A stretch of DNA of 64,000 bases, taken from Alphaproteobacteria bacterium. Lineage in GTDB: Bacteria > Pseudomonadota > Alphaproteobacteria > UBA828. A program made the position numbers and the translations under genes. The stretch is from assembly GCA_963422645.2 (NCBI GenBank), contig CAXXVO010000014.1:64001-128000 (forward strand). The letters are read 5' to 3'. Position 1 is the stretch's first letter, and each line of letters opens with the position of its first letter. The notes beneath the pieces were generated by a model. That model ran no database searches. It was given only the letters and a program-made list of their open reading frames with translations, and was not told the origin of the DNA. Shown here one piece after another: positions 1 to 12,363 of the stretch.

Positions 1-1
1 C

Positions 2-343
2 GCCGACGGCGGCTGGGGCGAGACCGGCGACAGCTATTACGCCGAGCGAATCGAGCGCGCGTTCGACGTCGTCTCCACCCCGACGCAGACCGCGTGGGCG
101 GTGCTCGCGCTCATGGCCGCTGGCGAAGTGCGGAGCGACGCGGTGCGGCGCGGCATCGACTATCTCTGCCGCGCCGAGCGTCAGGGCGCGAAGTGGCTGG
201 AGGACGACTACACCGCCGTCGGCTTCCCGCGCGTCTTCTACCTCCGCTACCACGGCTACAGCGCCTACTTCCCGCTCTGGGCGCTGGCGCGGTACCGCTC
301 CCTCGTGCGCGGCAACGACCACCGCCCGCGCCACGGCATGTAA
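2..343 (+). CDS. shc: Squalene-hopene cyclase, C-terminal part (5'-truncated by window edge)
   Basis: Frame 2 reads ADGGWGETGDSYY...STPTQTAWAVLAL...TAVGFPRVFYLRYHGY..YFPLWALARY, the QW-type motif and conserved SHC C-terminus; adjacent to hpnG/hpnH. Confidence 0.95.
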   Translation, partial: ADGGWGETGDSYYAERIERAFDVVSTPTQTAWAVLALMAAGEVRSDAVRRGIDYLCRAERQGAKWLEDDYTAVGFPRVFYLRYHGYSAYFPLWALARYRSLVRGNDHRPRHGM

Positions 344-1101
344 CCAAATCGAGGGCGGGGCGCGTCATGGCTGACCGGTCCCGCGTCGGCATTGTCACGG
401 GCCTCGTGGCCGAGGCCGAGACCCTGCCCGAGGGCGACTTCTGGATCGCGGTCTCGGGCGCGAGCCCTGAGCGCGCGGCTCAGGCGGTCGATGCGATGGT
501 CGCGGGCGGCGTGCGGCTGCTGGTGAGCTACGGCTTCGCCGCCGGGCTTGATCCGCGCCTCGGCCCGGGAGACCTTGTGCTGCCCGAGGCCGTCATCGTC
601 CACGAAGGGGAGGTCGAGGAACCCCATCGCGGCGGCGTGCGCGACCAGCTCCAGCGGCTCACCTCCTTCAAGCGGGACAGCGACTCCGAGCCGCCGCCTG
701 CGCCCACGGACGAAGACCTCATGATGGCGGATGCGGCCGTGCGGGAGGCGCTGGGTCGGGAGCTGGAAGAGCCGGATGCGGGTGGCATCGTCGCCGGCGT
801 CGACCGCCCGCTGACGAACGGCAGCCAGAAGCTCTCCCTTCTCGCTCAGACCCGCGCCAGGGTTGCGGACATGGAGAGCCACGTGGTCGCGCGGGCCGCG
901 GTGGCCGCCGGGGTGCCCTTCGTCGCGATCCGGGTCGTGAGCGACCCGAGCAACCGCGCCCTCCCGCGCGCCGCCCTCGCCGGGCTTACCGATGAGGGCC
1001 GCGTCGATGGCCGCGCGGTCGCAGGCACGCTGCTGCGGCGCCCGTGGGAGTGCATCGACATGCTGACGCTCGCGCTCGACGGAGCGCAGGCGATGCGCCG
1101 G

Positions 1102-2274
<1,173 letters not shown>

Positions 2275-2280
2275 CGGACC

Positions 2281-3258
2281 CTACTCGGCGGGCGCCGCGC
2301 TGGCGGCAGGTTCCTGCGCCTTGCCGTTGCCGCTTGCCTCGACCAGCTCGGCCGGCAGCTTGAAGCGCACCCGCTCCTTGATCCCGTCCTGGATTTGCAG
2401 CTCGACCGCGTTGATCTCCCGCAGCCGGGCGACCAGATCCTGCACCAGCTCTTCGGGCGCCGATGCGCCGGCGGTCACGCCCACGCGGCGCACGCCGTCG
2501 AACCACGTCGGGTCGAGGTCGCGGGCGTCGTCGATCAGGTGGGTCGGCACACCCATCTCCTCGCCGATCTCGCGCAGCCGGTTGGAGTTGGAGCTGTTGC
2601 GCGCGCCCACCACGAGGATCAGCTCCACGTCTTCCGCGAGCTTGCGCACCGAGGCTTGCCGGTTCTGGGTCGCGTAGCAGATGTCCTTCACGTCGGGGCC
2701 GGAGATGCTCGGGAAGCGTGAGGTCAGCGCCTCGATCACGTCGCGGGTGTCGTCGACGCTGAGCGTGGTCTGGGTGACGTAGGCGACCTTGTCGGGATTG
2801 GCCACTTCGAGCTTCGCGACGTCGGCCGGCGTGGCGACGATATGCACCCCGTTCTTCACGCGGCCGCTGGTGCCCTCGACCTCGGGATGCCCGTCGTGGC
2901 CGATCAGGATGATCTCGCGGCCCTCGCGCTCGTAGCGCCTGGCCTCGATGTGCACCTTGGCCACCAGTGGGCAGGTCGCATCGATCACCGGCAGGTTCCG
3001 GTTCGCGGCCTCGCTCTCCACCTTCTCGGACACACCATGGGCGCTGAAGATGGTGACCGCGCCTTCGGGCACCTCGTCGATCTCCTCGACGAAGACCGCG
3101 CCCTTCTTGCGCAGGTCGTCCACCACCCGCTTGTTGTGCACGATCTCGTGGCGGACGTAGACCGGCGGGCCGAAGACCTCGAGCGCACGCTCAACGATCT
3201 CGATCGCCCGCTCGACGCCGGCGCAGAAGCCCCGGGGCTCCGCCAGGATGACCTGCAT
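2281..3258 (-). CDS. ispH: 4-hydroxy-3-methylbut-2-enyl diphosphate reductase
   Basis: [55 protein letters not shown]; ATG at 3258. Confidence 0.97.
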   Translation of the reverse strand: MQVILAEPRGFCAGVERAIEIVERALEVFGPPVYVRHEIVHNKRVVDDLRKKGAVFVEEIDEVPEGAVTIFSAHGVSEKVESEAANRNLPVIDATCPLVAKVHIEARRYEREGREIILIGHDGHPEVEGTSGRVKNGVHIVATPADVAKLEVANPDKVAYVTQTTLSVDDTRDVIEALTSRFPSISGPDVKDICYATQNRQASVRKLAEDVELILVVGARNSSNSNRLREIGEEMGVPTHLIDDARDLDPTWFDGVRRVGVTAGASAPEELVQDLVARLREINAVELQIQDGIKERVRFKLPAELVEASGNGKAQEPAASAAPAE

Positions 3259-3551
3259 GCTACCGTTGTCGCCCAAGTTAGGCCCTCGCTCAATCATGGA
3301 GGTGCTCCGGGCGGGGCCGTCGACTCCACACCCAGAGCTACCACTACACCCTATCGCAGACCCGCGATTCCGACAACACGCACCTTCCCCGCCGGCAGGC
3401 GGGTAGCGGCCTGCTCGCGTCCCCGTCAGGCAGCCTGCGCTCCGCGCGCGTCCCGCCCGACATGCGCAGGCCGCACGAGGGCGGGAAGCGAGATCCGGCG
3501 GTGAGGCGGGGGCCGGCAGCACCGGGAGACCTTCTGTCTGCCCCGGTCGCT

Positions 3552-4952
3552 TCAGGTGGAATGCTTGCGCGAAGTGTCGGCGCTCGAGCCCGCAGGCTGA
3601 CGGGCAATCCTTTCACGAACCTTCGCCAGCACCGCGGAGGGCGGGCGGGCCGGTGTCCAGTCAGGACGATCGGCGGCGGAGGTGGTGGCGTCGATCCCGA
3701 GCTTGCCGACGACGCCGTCCTTCTCCAGCGGCTCGGCCCGGTCCGCCTGAACGCCCGGCACGACGATCAGGTCGCGTTCGGGCCGCATGCGGGTCGCCAG
3801 CGCATGCTCCACGGCAACGGGGTCCCACGGGTCGACGTCGCCATCGACCACCGTGACTTGTTTCACAAGACTGACCGCGGCCCAGACGGCGAAGATCGCT
3901 CTGCGCGCCGCTCCCTCGCGGGCACCGTCGAGGTTCACGACGGCATGCAGCCGGCCCGCGCCACCCGCCGTCACAGCCACCTCGCGCACCGATGGCAGAA
4001 CCCGATGCAGCGATCGGCGCAGCCCGGCCGCGATCGCCTCCGCACCGAGCAGAATGTGTTCGCCCGCATAGCCTGGAAGCACGCACTGGAAAATGGCGTC
4101 GCTGCGCCGGGTCATGTGCGAGAAGGTCACGACATAACCCGCGCCATAACGCTCGTACATGCCGTGAAATTCGCTGACCGGACCTTCCTCGACGGTCTCG
4201 TCGGGATCGAGCACGCCTTCCAGGACGATCTCGCAGTGCGCCGGCACGGGAAGATCGATGCCCCGGCCCGGCACCACCTCGACGGGCTCGCCGAGCAGAG
4301 CGCCGGCGACTTCAAGCTCATCGTCCCCGAGTCCCAGATAGAAGCAGGCCGCGAGCATGACCGCCGGATGATTGCCCAGTGTCACGGCGATCTCCAGCCG
4401 CTCGCCGCGCGCCTGTGCGGCGCGCGCCAGGACGGCGAGATGATGGTTCGGTGCAATGCCGATGAACGCGCGGTTCCCGCCGAGGGGCTTCAGTCGTGCG
4501 ATCGAGAGATTCCCGTGGCCCGTGACGGTGTCCTTCGCAATGATCGCACCTGCGGTGATGTAGGGTCCGGTCTCGTGCTCGAAGAAGGTGGGGATCGGCA
4601 GGGCGGCCAGGTCCGGGTTCGGCACGACAACCTCCTGGCACGGGGCATCGCCGGCAACGACCCGCGGTGCGAGCGGGCTCTGCACGGCATCGACGAGCCG
4701 GGCCTGCAACCGATCGGTTTCGACGCCCGCCGCCCGCGCCGCCTGCGCCCGTGTCGTCAGGTGATTGCCGGTCACGGCCATGGCGTGCCCGGCGACGTTC
4801 TCGAACACTACCGGGCCTCGTCCATCGAGAAGCGACAGCCAGGCAGCGATTTCGTAGACCGGATCGACTCTCTCCGCGATCCGGGTCAACGCACCGGACT
4901 CCTCCGCCATGGCGAGGAATGCGCGCATGGATTGCCGGTGGTGCGTCGTCAT
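3552..4952 (-). CDS. UbiD-family (prFMN-dependent) decarboxylase
   Basis: [67 protein letters not shown]; start overlaps upstream stop (ATGA 4949-4952). Confidence 0.92.
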   Translation of the reverse strand: MTTHHRQSMRAFLAMAEESGALTRIAERVDPVYEIAAWLSLLDGRGPVVFENVAGHAMAVTGNHLTTRAQAARAAGVETDRLQARLVDAVQSPLAPRVVAGDAPCQEVVVPNPDLAALPIPTFFEHETGPYITAGAIIAKDTVTGHGNLSIARLKPLGGNRAFIGIAPNHHLAVLARAAQARGERLEIAVTLGNHPAVMLAACFYLGLGDDELEVAGALLGEPVEVVPGRGIDLPVPAHCEIVLEGVLDPDETVEEGPVSEFHGMYERYGAGYVVTFSHMTRRSDAIFQCVLPGYAGEHILLGAEAIAAGLRRSLHRVLPSVREVAVTAGGAGRLHAVVNLDGAREGAARRAIFAVWAAVSLVKQVTVVDGDVDPWDPVAVEHALATRMRPERDLIVVPGVQADRAEPLEKDGVVGKLGIDATTSAADRPDWTPARPPSAVLAKVRERIARQPAGSSADTSRKHST

Positions 4953-6433
4953 GCTGCACCTCCTTGTCCGGCGCGGTCGTCGGCGAAGATGCGCGCCGTC
5001 AGATCGCCCGCGAGGCGCTGCATCTCGGGGCCCAGAACCCGGTCGGCGTGCACCGGCGGCACGCGGCTGCGGACCAGAGACAGGAGGTCGGCGAGCCGCT
5101 TCGGCACCCGCTCCCGGTTCAGGACATGGAGCGCCTGCGAGGCTGCGACGGCCAGAACCGCAAGCGCCGAGTCGAGCGATTGACCTGCCGCCATGCACTT
5201 CGGCCAGGCGAGAAACGCGGGCGCGCCCACATCGTCCTGCCCGAAGACGCTCGCGTCTGCGGCCGGAATGAAGGTCCGTGTGGCGGCGGCGCGCGCCTCT
5301 TCGAGGAAGCCCGCAATCGCCATCGGCAGGTATCCGACGGCGCCGTGACCGTCGGTCTCGCCCGCGCCGCGCCCCACCAGCAGGAAATCGGGAAATCCGG
5401 AGACGCGCCCGTTCATCAGTCCGGCGCAGAGACGCAGGCATATCAGACAGAGGTCCGCCCAGGCGCCGGTAATGCCGTCCATGGCCGGTGCGGCAACCGA
5501 ATTGTGAAAGCCGCCGGTGCTCAGGCAGCGTCCGTGCGCGTGGGTCTCGTCGGGCGCGAGATAGACCGGATTGTGGGTCACCGCCGACAGGCTCTGCGCC
5601 GCGAGCCCCTGCGCGAAGCCGATCGCCGCATGAGCCTGCGCCAGCACGTGGGGCACGATCCGGTAGCTCACCGGCCCCTGGTGGGGACGCGGCTCACCGC
5701 AGTCGGTCATGCCGTCGAGCAGGGCCGCCAGACGCGCGAAGGCCCGCCGGTCGTGCGCGCCGCCCAGCAGCCCGCCCAGAACCGCCTCGTAGTGCTCGGC
5801 CGGGGCGTTGAATGCCACGATCGCCAGCGCCAACACCTCCTCGGCCACCGCGATCCGCCGCTCGGCGCTCAACACCGCATCGGCCAGGATCGCGGCTGCG
5901 GCGGGGGATCCGTTGATCAGCGCACCGCGCTCTCCGGCCTGCAGCTCGAACCGCTCCGACAACGCGGCGAACAGCGTGTAGAGGACCAGGATTTCGCCCG
6001 GCCCGCCCTGACCCTGCCTCGGCACGCAGGGAATAGGGCCGTGGTTCAACATCCCGACAAGCGCCTCAACCAGCCGTGGCGTCGCCATCCCATGGCCGCC
6101 CAGCAGATTGGCGAACCGCGCAAGGACCATGGCGCGCGCGACGCGATGCGGGTAGGGCTCGCCGAACGCGACGGCCGCGGCCAGCGGTTTCAGGCTGGCG
6201 AGGCGCCGCCGATCCTCCTCGTCGAGTGTCCGCCCGACCATCTCGCCATGCCCCCTGTTCACGCCATACACCGACGCATTCGGGTCTTTGTCGAGGTAGC
6301 GCATGAAGGCGGCACGAGACGCTGCGATCCCGCTCAGAGCCGCAGCATCGATGGCCACCGGCTCGCCCTTCCAGGCGACGGCCAGCACCGCCTCGGGCGT
6401 GATGTCGAAACGCGAAGCCAGGACCACCGTCAT
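4949..6433 (-). CDS. Aromatic amino acid lyase (HAL/PAL) family protein lacking the ASG/MIO motif
   Basis: VYGVNRGHG, GERGALINGS, QGPVSYRIVPHVL, NPV, STGGFH, FGQDD match HAL-fold motifs; the GSVGASGDL site reads GQGGPGEIL. Confidence 0.85.
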   Translation of the reverse strand: MTVVLASRFDITPEAVLAVAWKGEPVAIDAAALSGIAASRAAFMRYLDKDPNASVYGVNRGHGEMVGRTLDEEDRRRLASLKPLAAAVAFGEPYPHRVARAMVLARFANLLGGHGMATPRLVEALVGMLNHGPIPCVPRQGQGGPGEILVLYTLFAALSERFELQAGERGALINGSPAAAAILADAVLSAERRIAVAEEVLALAIVAFNAPAEHYEAVLGGLLGGAHDRRAFARLAALLDGMTDCGEPRPHQGPVSYRIVPHVLAQAHAAIGFAQGLAAQSLSAVTHNPVYLAPDETHAHGRCLSTGGFHNSVAAPAMDGITGAWADLCLICLRLCAGLMNGRVSGFPDFLLVGRGAGETDGHGAVGYLPMAIAGFLEEARAAATRTFIPAADASVFGQDDVGAPAFLAWPKCMAAGQSLDSALAVLAVAASQALHVLNRERVPKRLADLLSLVRSRVPPVHADRVLGPEMQRLAGDLTARIFADDRAGQGGAA

Positions 6434-6813
6434 GGCGCACGCCGTCCGCCCCGCTCAGGTGTGCCTCGGGACGGCCCGGCGCTGCCGGCGAATTCGAGAG
6501 CATCGCCGTCGTGCATGGGATCACCTCGCAGGGGCTCGATGAACGATGAACCGCCCGTGCGCAGAAGTCGAGACGGTAGCCGGTGCGGCGGACGGTGCCG
6601 TGCCTCTCTGGGGGCCATTTCAAGGCCGATCCACAGGGCGCAAGCGATATCGGCGGAAGCAGATCACCGCTTCGAGATCATCGACGCGACTTGGGTGGGC
6701 CCGGACAGGTTACTTGTGGCCTGCGATCGGAAGCGCCTGTCCAGCAACCGCAGAGCCGGGATCGCGACGTGCTAATGTTCGAAGGTGAAGAGGCCGTCCG
6801 GCAGTCCCCGATA

Positions 6814-7935
6814 ATGACGATGCGCACGAGCACGAACTATCTGAACGAGCAGGCGTGGCGCTACTTCTGGCACCCGGTGTGCACGGTCGCGGAACTGCGC
6901 GCTGCGGCGGCAAATGGGAAGCGGCCGCTTGCCGTAACCCTGCTCGGCGAGAGGCTGGCGGTGGCGGAAATCGGCGGCCGCGTCGCAGCGCTCGACGACC
7001 GTTGCATCCACCGCTCGACCAAGCTCTCGGTGGGGCGCACCGAATCCGGAGGACTGCGCTGCGCGTATCACGGATGGCTCTACGGAGCGGACGGGCGGTG
7101 CCGGGAGATTCCCTCGATGCCCGACCACTCGATTCCCGACGACTGCAAGGTCAGGGCCCACGACGCGGCCATCGAATACGACCTGGTCTGGGTGCGGCTC
7201 GATTCCTCGCTCGATACCCGAGTCCCCGGTTGTCCCGCGTTCGGCGATGCCGCATTTCGCTCCGTGGCGGGCGAGCCCTACACGTGGCCGACGTCGGCGG
7301 CGCGGCGGCTGGAGAACTTCGTCGACCTCGCACACTTTCCCTTCGTGCACGACGGCTCGCTCGGGGACCGGCGCCAGACGCGCGTTCCCATCGCCAGGGT
7401 CGATCGGCTCAACCGGGAGCTGCGCTTTCAATTCATGCCGTCGTCGGAGATGCAGCTTCCCGGCGTCGCCCTCATGGCGCCCACCGACTATCGCCTCTGG
7501 GTGCCGTTTACCGTCAATCTCGAGTTCTTCTTCCCCGACGGCGAGCGCAACCAGCTCTGGATGTCCGCCTCCCCAGTCGAGTCCGGCATGTGCCGCAGCT
7601 TCTGGTTCACCAGCCGTACTGCGGATCGGGACGGACCGGACCAACCGCACCTCGACTTCCAGGCTCTGGTGCTGAGCGAAGACCTGCCGGTGATCGAGGC
7701 GCAGGAGCCGCCCGAGATTCCTGCCCCCGCCGAGGAGTATTCCGTGCGCACCGACAAGGTCTCCGTCGCCTATCGCAGGTGGCTCAAGGAGTTGTCGAGA
7801 GCCGCGGAGATAAGCGCGGACGCGCTGGCCCGCTGCCTCGATTCGGTGCGCATCGAATCCGACCGGGCCTTCGACGACATGCCGTCTCCCGCTTCGGCGG
7901 CGGGCGACGGCGCTTCCGCTTCGGCGGCGGAGTAA
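6814..7935 (+). CDS. Rieske non-heme iron oxygenase alpha subunit (VanA/demethylase-like, alpha3 type)
   Basis: WHPV, DRCIHR...CAYHGW Rieske motif; ENFVDLAHFPFVH iron site; EDLPVIEAQ; start uncertain (6775/6814/6820). Confidence 0.9.
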   Translation: MTMRTSTNYLNEQAWRYFWHPVCTVAELRAAAANGKRPLAVTLLGERLAVAEIGGRVAALDDRCIHRSTKLSVGRTESGGLRCAYHGWLYGADGRCREIPSMPDHSIPDDCKVRAHDAAIEYDLVWVRLDSSLDTRVPGCPAFGDAAFRSVAGEPYTWPTSAARRLENFVDLAHFPFVHDGSLGDRRQTRVPIARVDRLNRELRFQFMPSSEMQLPGVALMAPTDYRLWVPFTVNLEFFFPDGERNQLWMSASPVESGMCRSFWFTSRTADRDGPDQPHLDFQALVLSEDLPVIEAQEPPEIPAPAEEYSVRTDKVSVAYRRWLKELSRAAEISADALARCLDSVRIESDRAFDDMPSPASAAGDGASASAAE

Positions 7936-7994
7936 GGCTGGGACGGCTGCCTCGCGAGGTCACGATCGAGCGCACGGAAGGGAGCCAAGGGCAG

Positions 7995-8315
7995 ATGGGG
8001 AGCGTCGTCTATCACGTTGTGGGCGAAAGAGCCCATCTCCGCGAGGGCGAGGTCAAGCAAGTTGCCGTCGAGGGAAGGGAATTCGCGCTCTACAGAATCG
8101 GCGGCGAGTTCTTCGCCACCGACGATACCTGCACGCATGCCCACGGCTCCCTGAGCGAGGGATACGTAGAAGGCGAGGAAATCGAGTGTCCGCTTCACGG
8201 CGCCTGCTTCAACATCCGCACCGGCGAAGCAACCTGCCCGCCGGCGACGGAGGCCCTCGCCACCTACGAGGTGAGAGTCGAAGGCGAGGATATCCTGGTC
8301 GGCATTCGCGCCTGA
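7995..8315 (+). CDS. Rieske-type ferredoxin of a non-heme iron oxygenase
   Basis: DDTCTHAHGSLSEG..IECPLHGACFNIRTG; 106 aa from ATG 7995. Confidence 0.92.
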   Translation: MGSVVYHVVGERAHLREGEVKQVAVEGREFALYRIGGEFFATDDTCTHAHGSLSEGYVEGEEIECPLHGACFNIRTGEATCPPATEALATYEVRVEGEDILVGIRA

Positions 8316-8384
8316 GCGTCGCCACGGGCAGGCTCCGCGGCGCGGTACGCCCGCAACAAGAATTTTCTTACGAGAGGACCGACA

Positions 8385-9515
8385 ATGGCAGGCCGGTTAG
8401 AGCGAACGATCGAAGCCGATGTTCAGTCCGGCCTTTACGACGGAGCCGCGACGATCGTTGCCGTCGGCGGCGAGATCGCGTTCGACGAGACGATCGGATA
8501 CGCCGATCGCCCCAATGAGACGCCGCTCCGCCGTGACAGCGTCTTCCCGGTGTTCTCGATTTCGAAGGCGCTCACCGCCGTTGCCCTGCTGCAGCGCATC
8601 GAGCGCGGCGAGGCCAGACTCGATACACCGGTCTGCGAAGTGATTCCCGAGTTTGGGGTCAAGGGGAAGGCGCGCGCCACGCTCGGGCAGCTTCTCTGTC
8701 ACACGGCGGGGGTGGCCCCCGGCTTTCCGGCCGTCCCCGCAGACAAGCAAGGCGATCTCGAGGCGGTCGTTGCCGCCGTCTGCGATACGCCTGCGGTCTC
8801 GGTGCCGGAAGAGGAGGCGAGTTATTCGCAGATCATGGCACACGCGGTGGCGGCGGCGTGTGTCCGGAGGCTGGACGGGAGCGGGCTTCGCTTTCGCGAT
8901 ATCGTGATACGCGACATTTGTGCGCCGCTCGGTATGACGGACACGTGCCTCGGAATGCGTGCGGATCTCGCGTCCCGCGGCATTGTCCCCCGTTGCACGG
9001 ATCGCAGCCCCGGGTTGTTCGATCCGGACGCCCTCGTCGCGGCGGCGCAGGACATCATGAACCCGGCGCTCGATCACGAGATGCCTGCTGCCGGCTTCGT
9101 CTCGACGCTGAACGACATTTACGCATTTGCAGAGGCGCTCCGGTGCGGAGGAGGGCGAGGCGAAGCGCGCATGCTCTCCCCTGCCATGGTCGCATTCGCG
9201 ACCAGAGTTCATACGGGGACCATGGTCAACACCCAGTGGCATTTCGCGCGCGAGATGAAGGGCTGGCCCGCGTTCCCTGCCAATCTCGGTCTCGGTTTCT
9301 TCATCCGTGGCGAGGGCATGATCCCCACCTATTTCGGGCATCTGTCGAGCCCGGAAACATTCGGCGCCTTCGGTGCCGGTTCGACCAACATGTGGGTCGA
9401 CCCGACGCGTGACATGGTCATGGTCTGCCTTACGACCGGCATTCTGGAAGAGACGAACAGCGCCGCTCGCTTTCAGCGCATCTCGGACGTCGCAATCGCG
9501 GAATTCTATCGCTGA
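8385..9515 (+). CDS. Serine hydrolase, beta-lactamase/esterase family VIII fold
   Basis: FSISK (SxxK), LLCHTAG, YS motif, PLGMTDT, FGAFGAGSTNMWVDP; RBS GAGAGGA. Confidence 0.9.
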   Translation: MAGRLERTIEADVQSGLYDGAATIVAVGGEIAFDETIGYADRPNETPLRRDSVFPVFSISKALTAVALLQRIERGEARLDTPVCEVIPEFGVKGKARATLGQLLCHTAGVAPGFPAVPADKQGDLEAVVAAVCDTPAVSVPEEEASYSQIMAHAVAAACVRRLDGSGLRFRDIVIRDICAPLGMTDTCLGMRADLASRGIVPRCTDRSPGLFDPDALVAAAQDIMNPALDHEMPAAGFVSTLNDIYAFAEALRCGGGRGEARMLSPAMVAFATRVHTGTMVNTQWHFAREMKGWPAFPANLGLGFFIRGEGMIPTYFGHLSSPETFGAFGAGSTNMWVDPTRDMVMVCLTTGILEETNSAARFQRISDVAIAEFYR

Positions 9516-9685
9516 TGCACTCGGAGCGGTGTGAGACAAGCGAGGCGCCGCAATCGAATGGGGCCCTCGAATTGGGGCCGACGACACGGCCGGCCCATGC
9601 AGCCTGGGCGCAACAGCGAGCCTCGTGACTCGGCGCGTTCTCTCGGAATCAACACCGTCGCCCCGAGTGTCGTTCCGCTCCCTCG

Positions 9686-10849
9686 TTAGCGGTCGGTGCG
9701 ATAGAAGGCGACCGCGTCTTCGTTAAGCTCGATGCCGAGGCCAGGACCCGTCGGCAAGGGCATGCGGCCGTTCTCGATCTTGGGCTCCGGTCCCACGAGA
9801 TCGCGGCGCAGCGGCGAATCGAAGACGACCGGCGAAATGTATTCGAAGAGCGGCGTCTGCGGACATGCGGCCTGCAGGTGACGGCCGCAGGCGGAGGTTA
9901 TGCCGGTCTTCCAGCCGTGCGGAATCACGTCGGCGCCGTAGAGCTCCGCGAGCTCGCAGATGCGCCTGAGCTCGGTCAGGCCGCCGGCGCGATCGATGGC
10001 CGACTGGATGACGTGCACCTTGCCGACCTCGAGCCACTCGCGCGCTTCGAAGCGCGTCGCGCCGAATTCGGCACCGCCGATCCGGATCGGGCTGTTCGCG
10101 GCAAGCCGCGCGTGGCCCAGCAGATCGTCGTGCTGCAGCGGCGCCTCGGCGAAGTAGATATCGCAATCGGCGACCCGGTCGAGCACCCAGCGCGCGTCGG
10201 CCCAGCTCCTCCAGCGGTAGCCGAAGTCGAGCGCCATGGTGATCCCGTCGCCCAGCATGCGCCGGCCGATCTTGATCTGCTCGACCAGCTCGGCGTCGCT
10301 GACAAGGTCGCCGAACAGGACCTCCATCTTGACCGCGTCGAACCCGGTGGCGAGGGCGGTGTCGAACTGCTGCTCGATGACCGCCATCAGCTCCCCGATC
10401 GAGCGATCGTGCGGCATGCCGGGAAAGATCGTGCAATAGGGCCGCAGATCGTCGCGCCTCGCGCCGCCCAGGAGCTTGTAGGCCGGCAGGCCGAGCTGCT
10501 TGCCCGCAAGATCGTGGAGCGCGATGTCGACCGCAGAGAGCGCGTGGATGCCAAGACCCCGCCGACCGGGAAAGATCGTGCCTTCGTAGAGCTTCTCCCA
10601 GAGCGCTACCGTCTCCACCGGATCGGCGCCGATCAGCACCTCGGCGGCGTTGCGGCTCCACAGGTGCTGGGTCGGCATCTCCAGGAACGCCTTGACGGCA
10701 TGGGCGGGCGCGTCGCATTCGCCGATCCCGCTCAGGCCGTTCTCGTCGGTCAGGCGGACTACGACCGTCTCGGTCGTGCCGTCCAAGTCCTCGGGCTTGG
10801 CGTCGCGATTGGCGAGCGGGATGACGTCGATCGACGCAATGGGAGTCAT
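9686..10849 (-). CDS. Mandelate racemase/muconate lactonizing enzyme family protein (putative acid-sugar dehydratase)
   Basis: ALSAVDIALHDLAGKQLGLPAYKLLGG, AVKME, metal ligands D/E/E (ALDF, FAEAP, GAEF), GGLTE, PHGW, PTGPGLGIELN. Confidence 0.92.
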   Translation of the reverse strand: MTPIASIDVIPLANRDAKPEDLDGTTETVVVRLTDENGLSGIGECDAPAHAVKAFLEMPTQHLWSRNAAEVLIGADPVETVALWEKLYEGTIFPGRRGLGIHALSAVDIALHDLAGKQLGLPAYKLLGGARRDDLRPYCTIFPGMPHDRSIGELMAVIEQQFDTALATGFDAVKMEVLFGDLVSDAELVEQIKIGRRMLGDGITMALDFGYRWRSWADARWVLDRVADCDIYFAEAPLQHDDLLGHARLAANSPIRIGGAEFGATRFEAREWLEVGKVHVIQSAIDRAGGLTELRRICELAELYGADVIPHGWKTGITSACGRHLQAACPQTPLFEYISPVVFDSPLRRDLVGPEPKIENGRMPLPTGPGLGIELNEDAVAFYRTDR

Positions 10850-11165
10850 GAAATCACGCCTTCGCTTGAGTGGCGGGCCCCGCCTTGCCGCGCGGAACGC
10901 CCTCGTCCCGGCGGCGGCAGGATGCAGGCCGGGCCCCTGCCGAAAGAACGAGAACAACCTGGTCCGAACCTACGCGCGCGATCATCCCGGTGAAAGGGCA
11001 TCGCGCGTGCCGGCAGCCGCCCCCGACTCCGTCGTGTTGACCCTCGTGGCCGCTCTGGATACCGTCCGAGCGGAACTCGGGACTGATTTCCAGAGTATCG
11101 GAGGGCACGTCGGGGTGCCGTCCGCCGGTTGATTGGACTGCCCCGCTTCGCAAGCAGCGAGACCC

Positions 11166-12263
<1,098 letters not shown>

Positions 12264-12363
12264 GCGCGCCGCTCGTCCTGCACTGCCGACGAGACCTCTC
12301 CCTTGAGCCTGGACTGGGCTTCCCGCAGGATGGCGCGGCCCTGCCGGGGCGGGGAGTAGGGGA

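Noticed and set aside
6430-6618. 62-aa ORF overlapping the lyase start
   Set aside because: No recognisable motif and biased composition; likely part of the divergent promoter region
8385-9515. Beta-lactam resistance gene
   Set aside because: SxxK fold only; lacks a signal peptide and the class C KTG motif; catabolic context suggests an esterase or amidase
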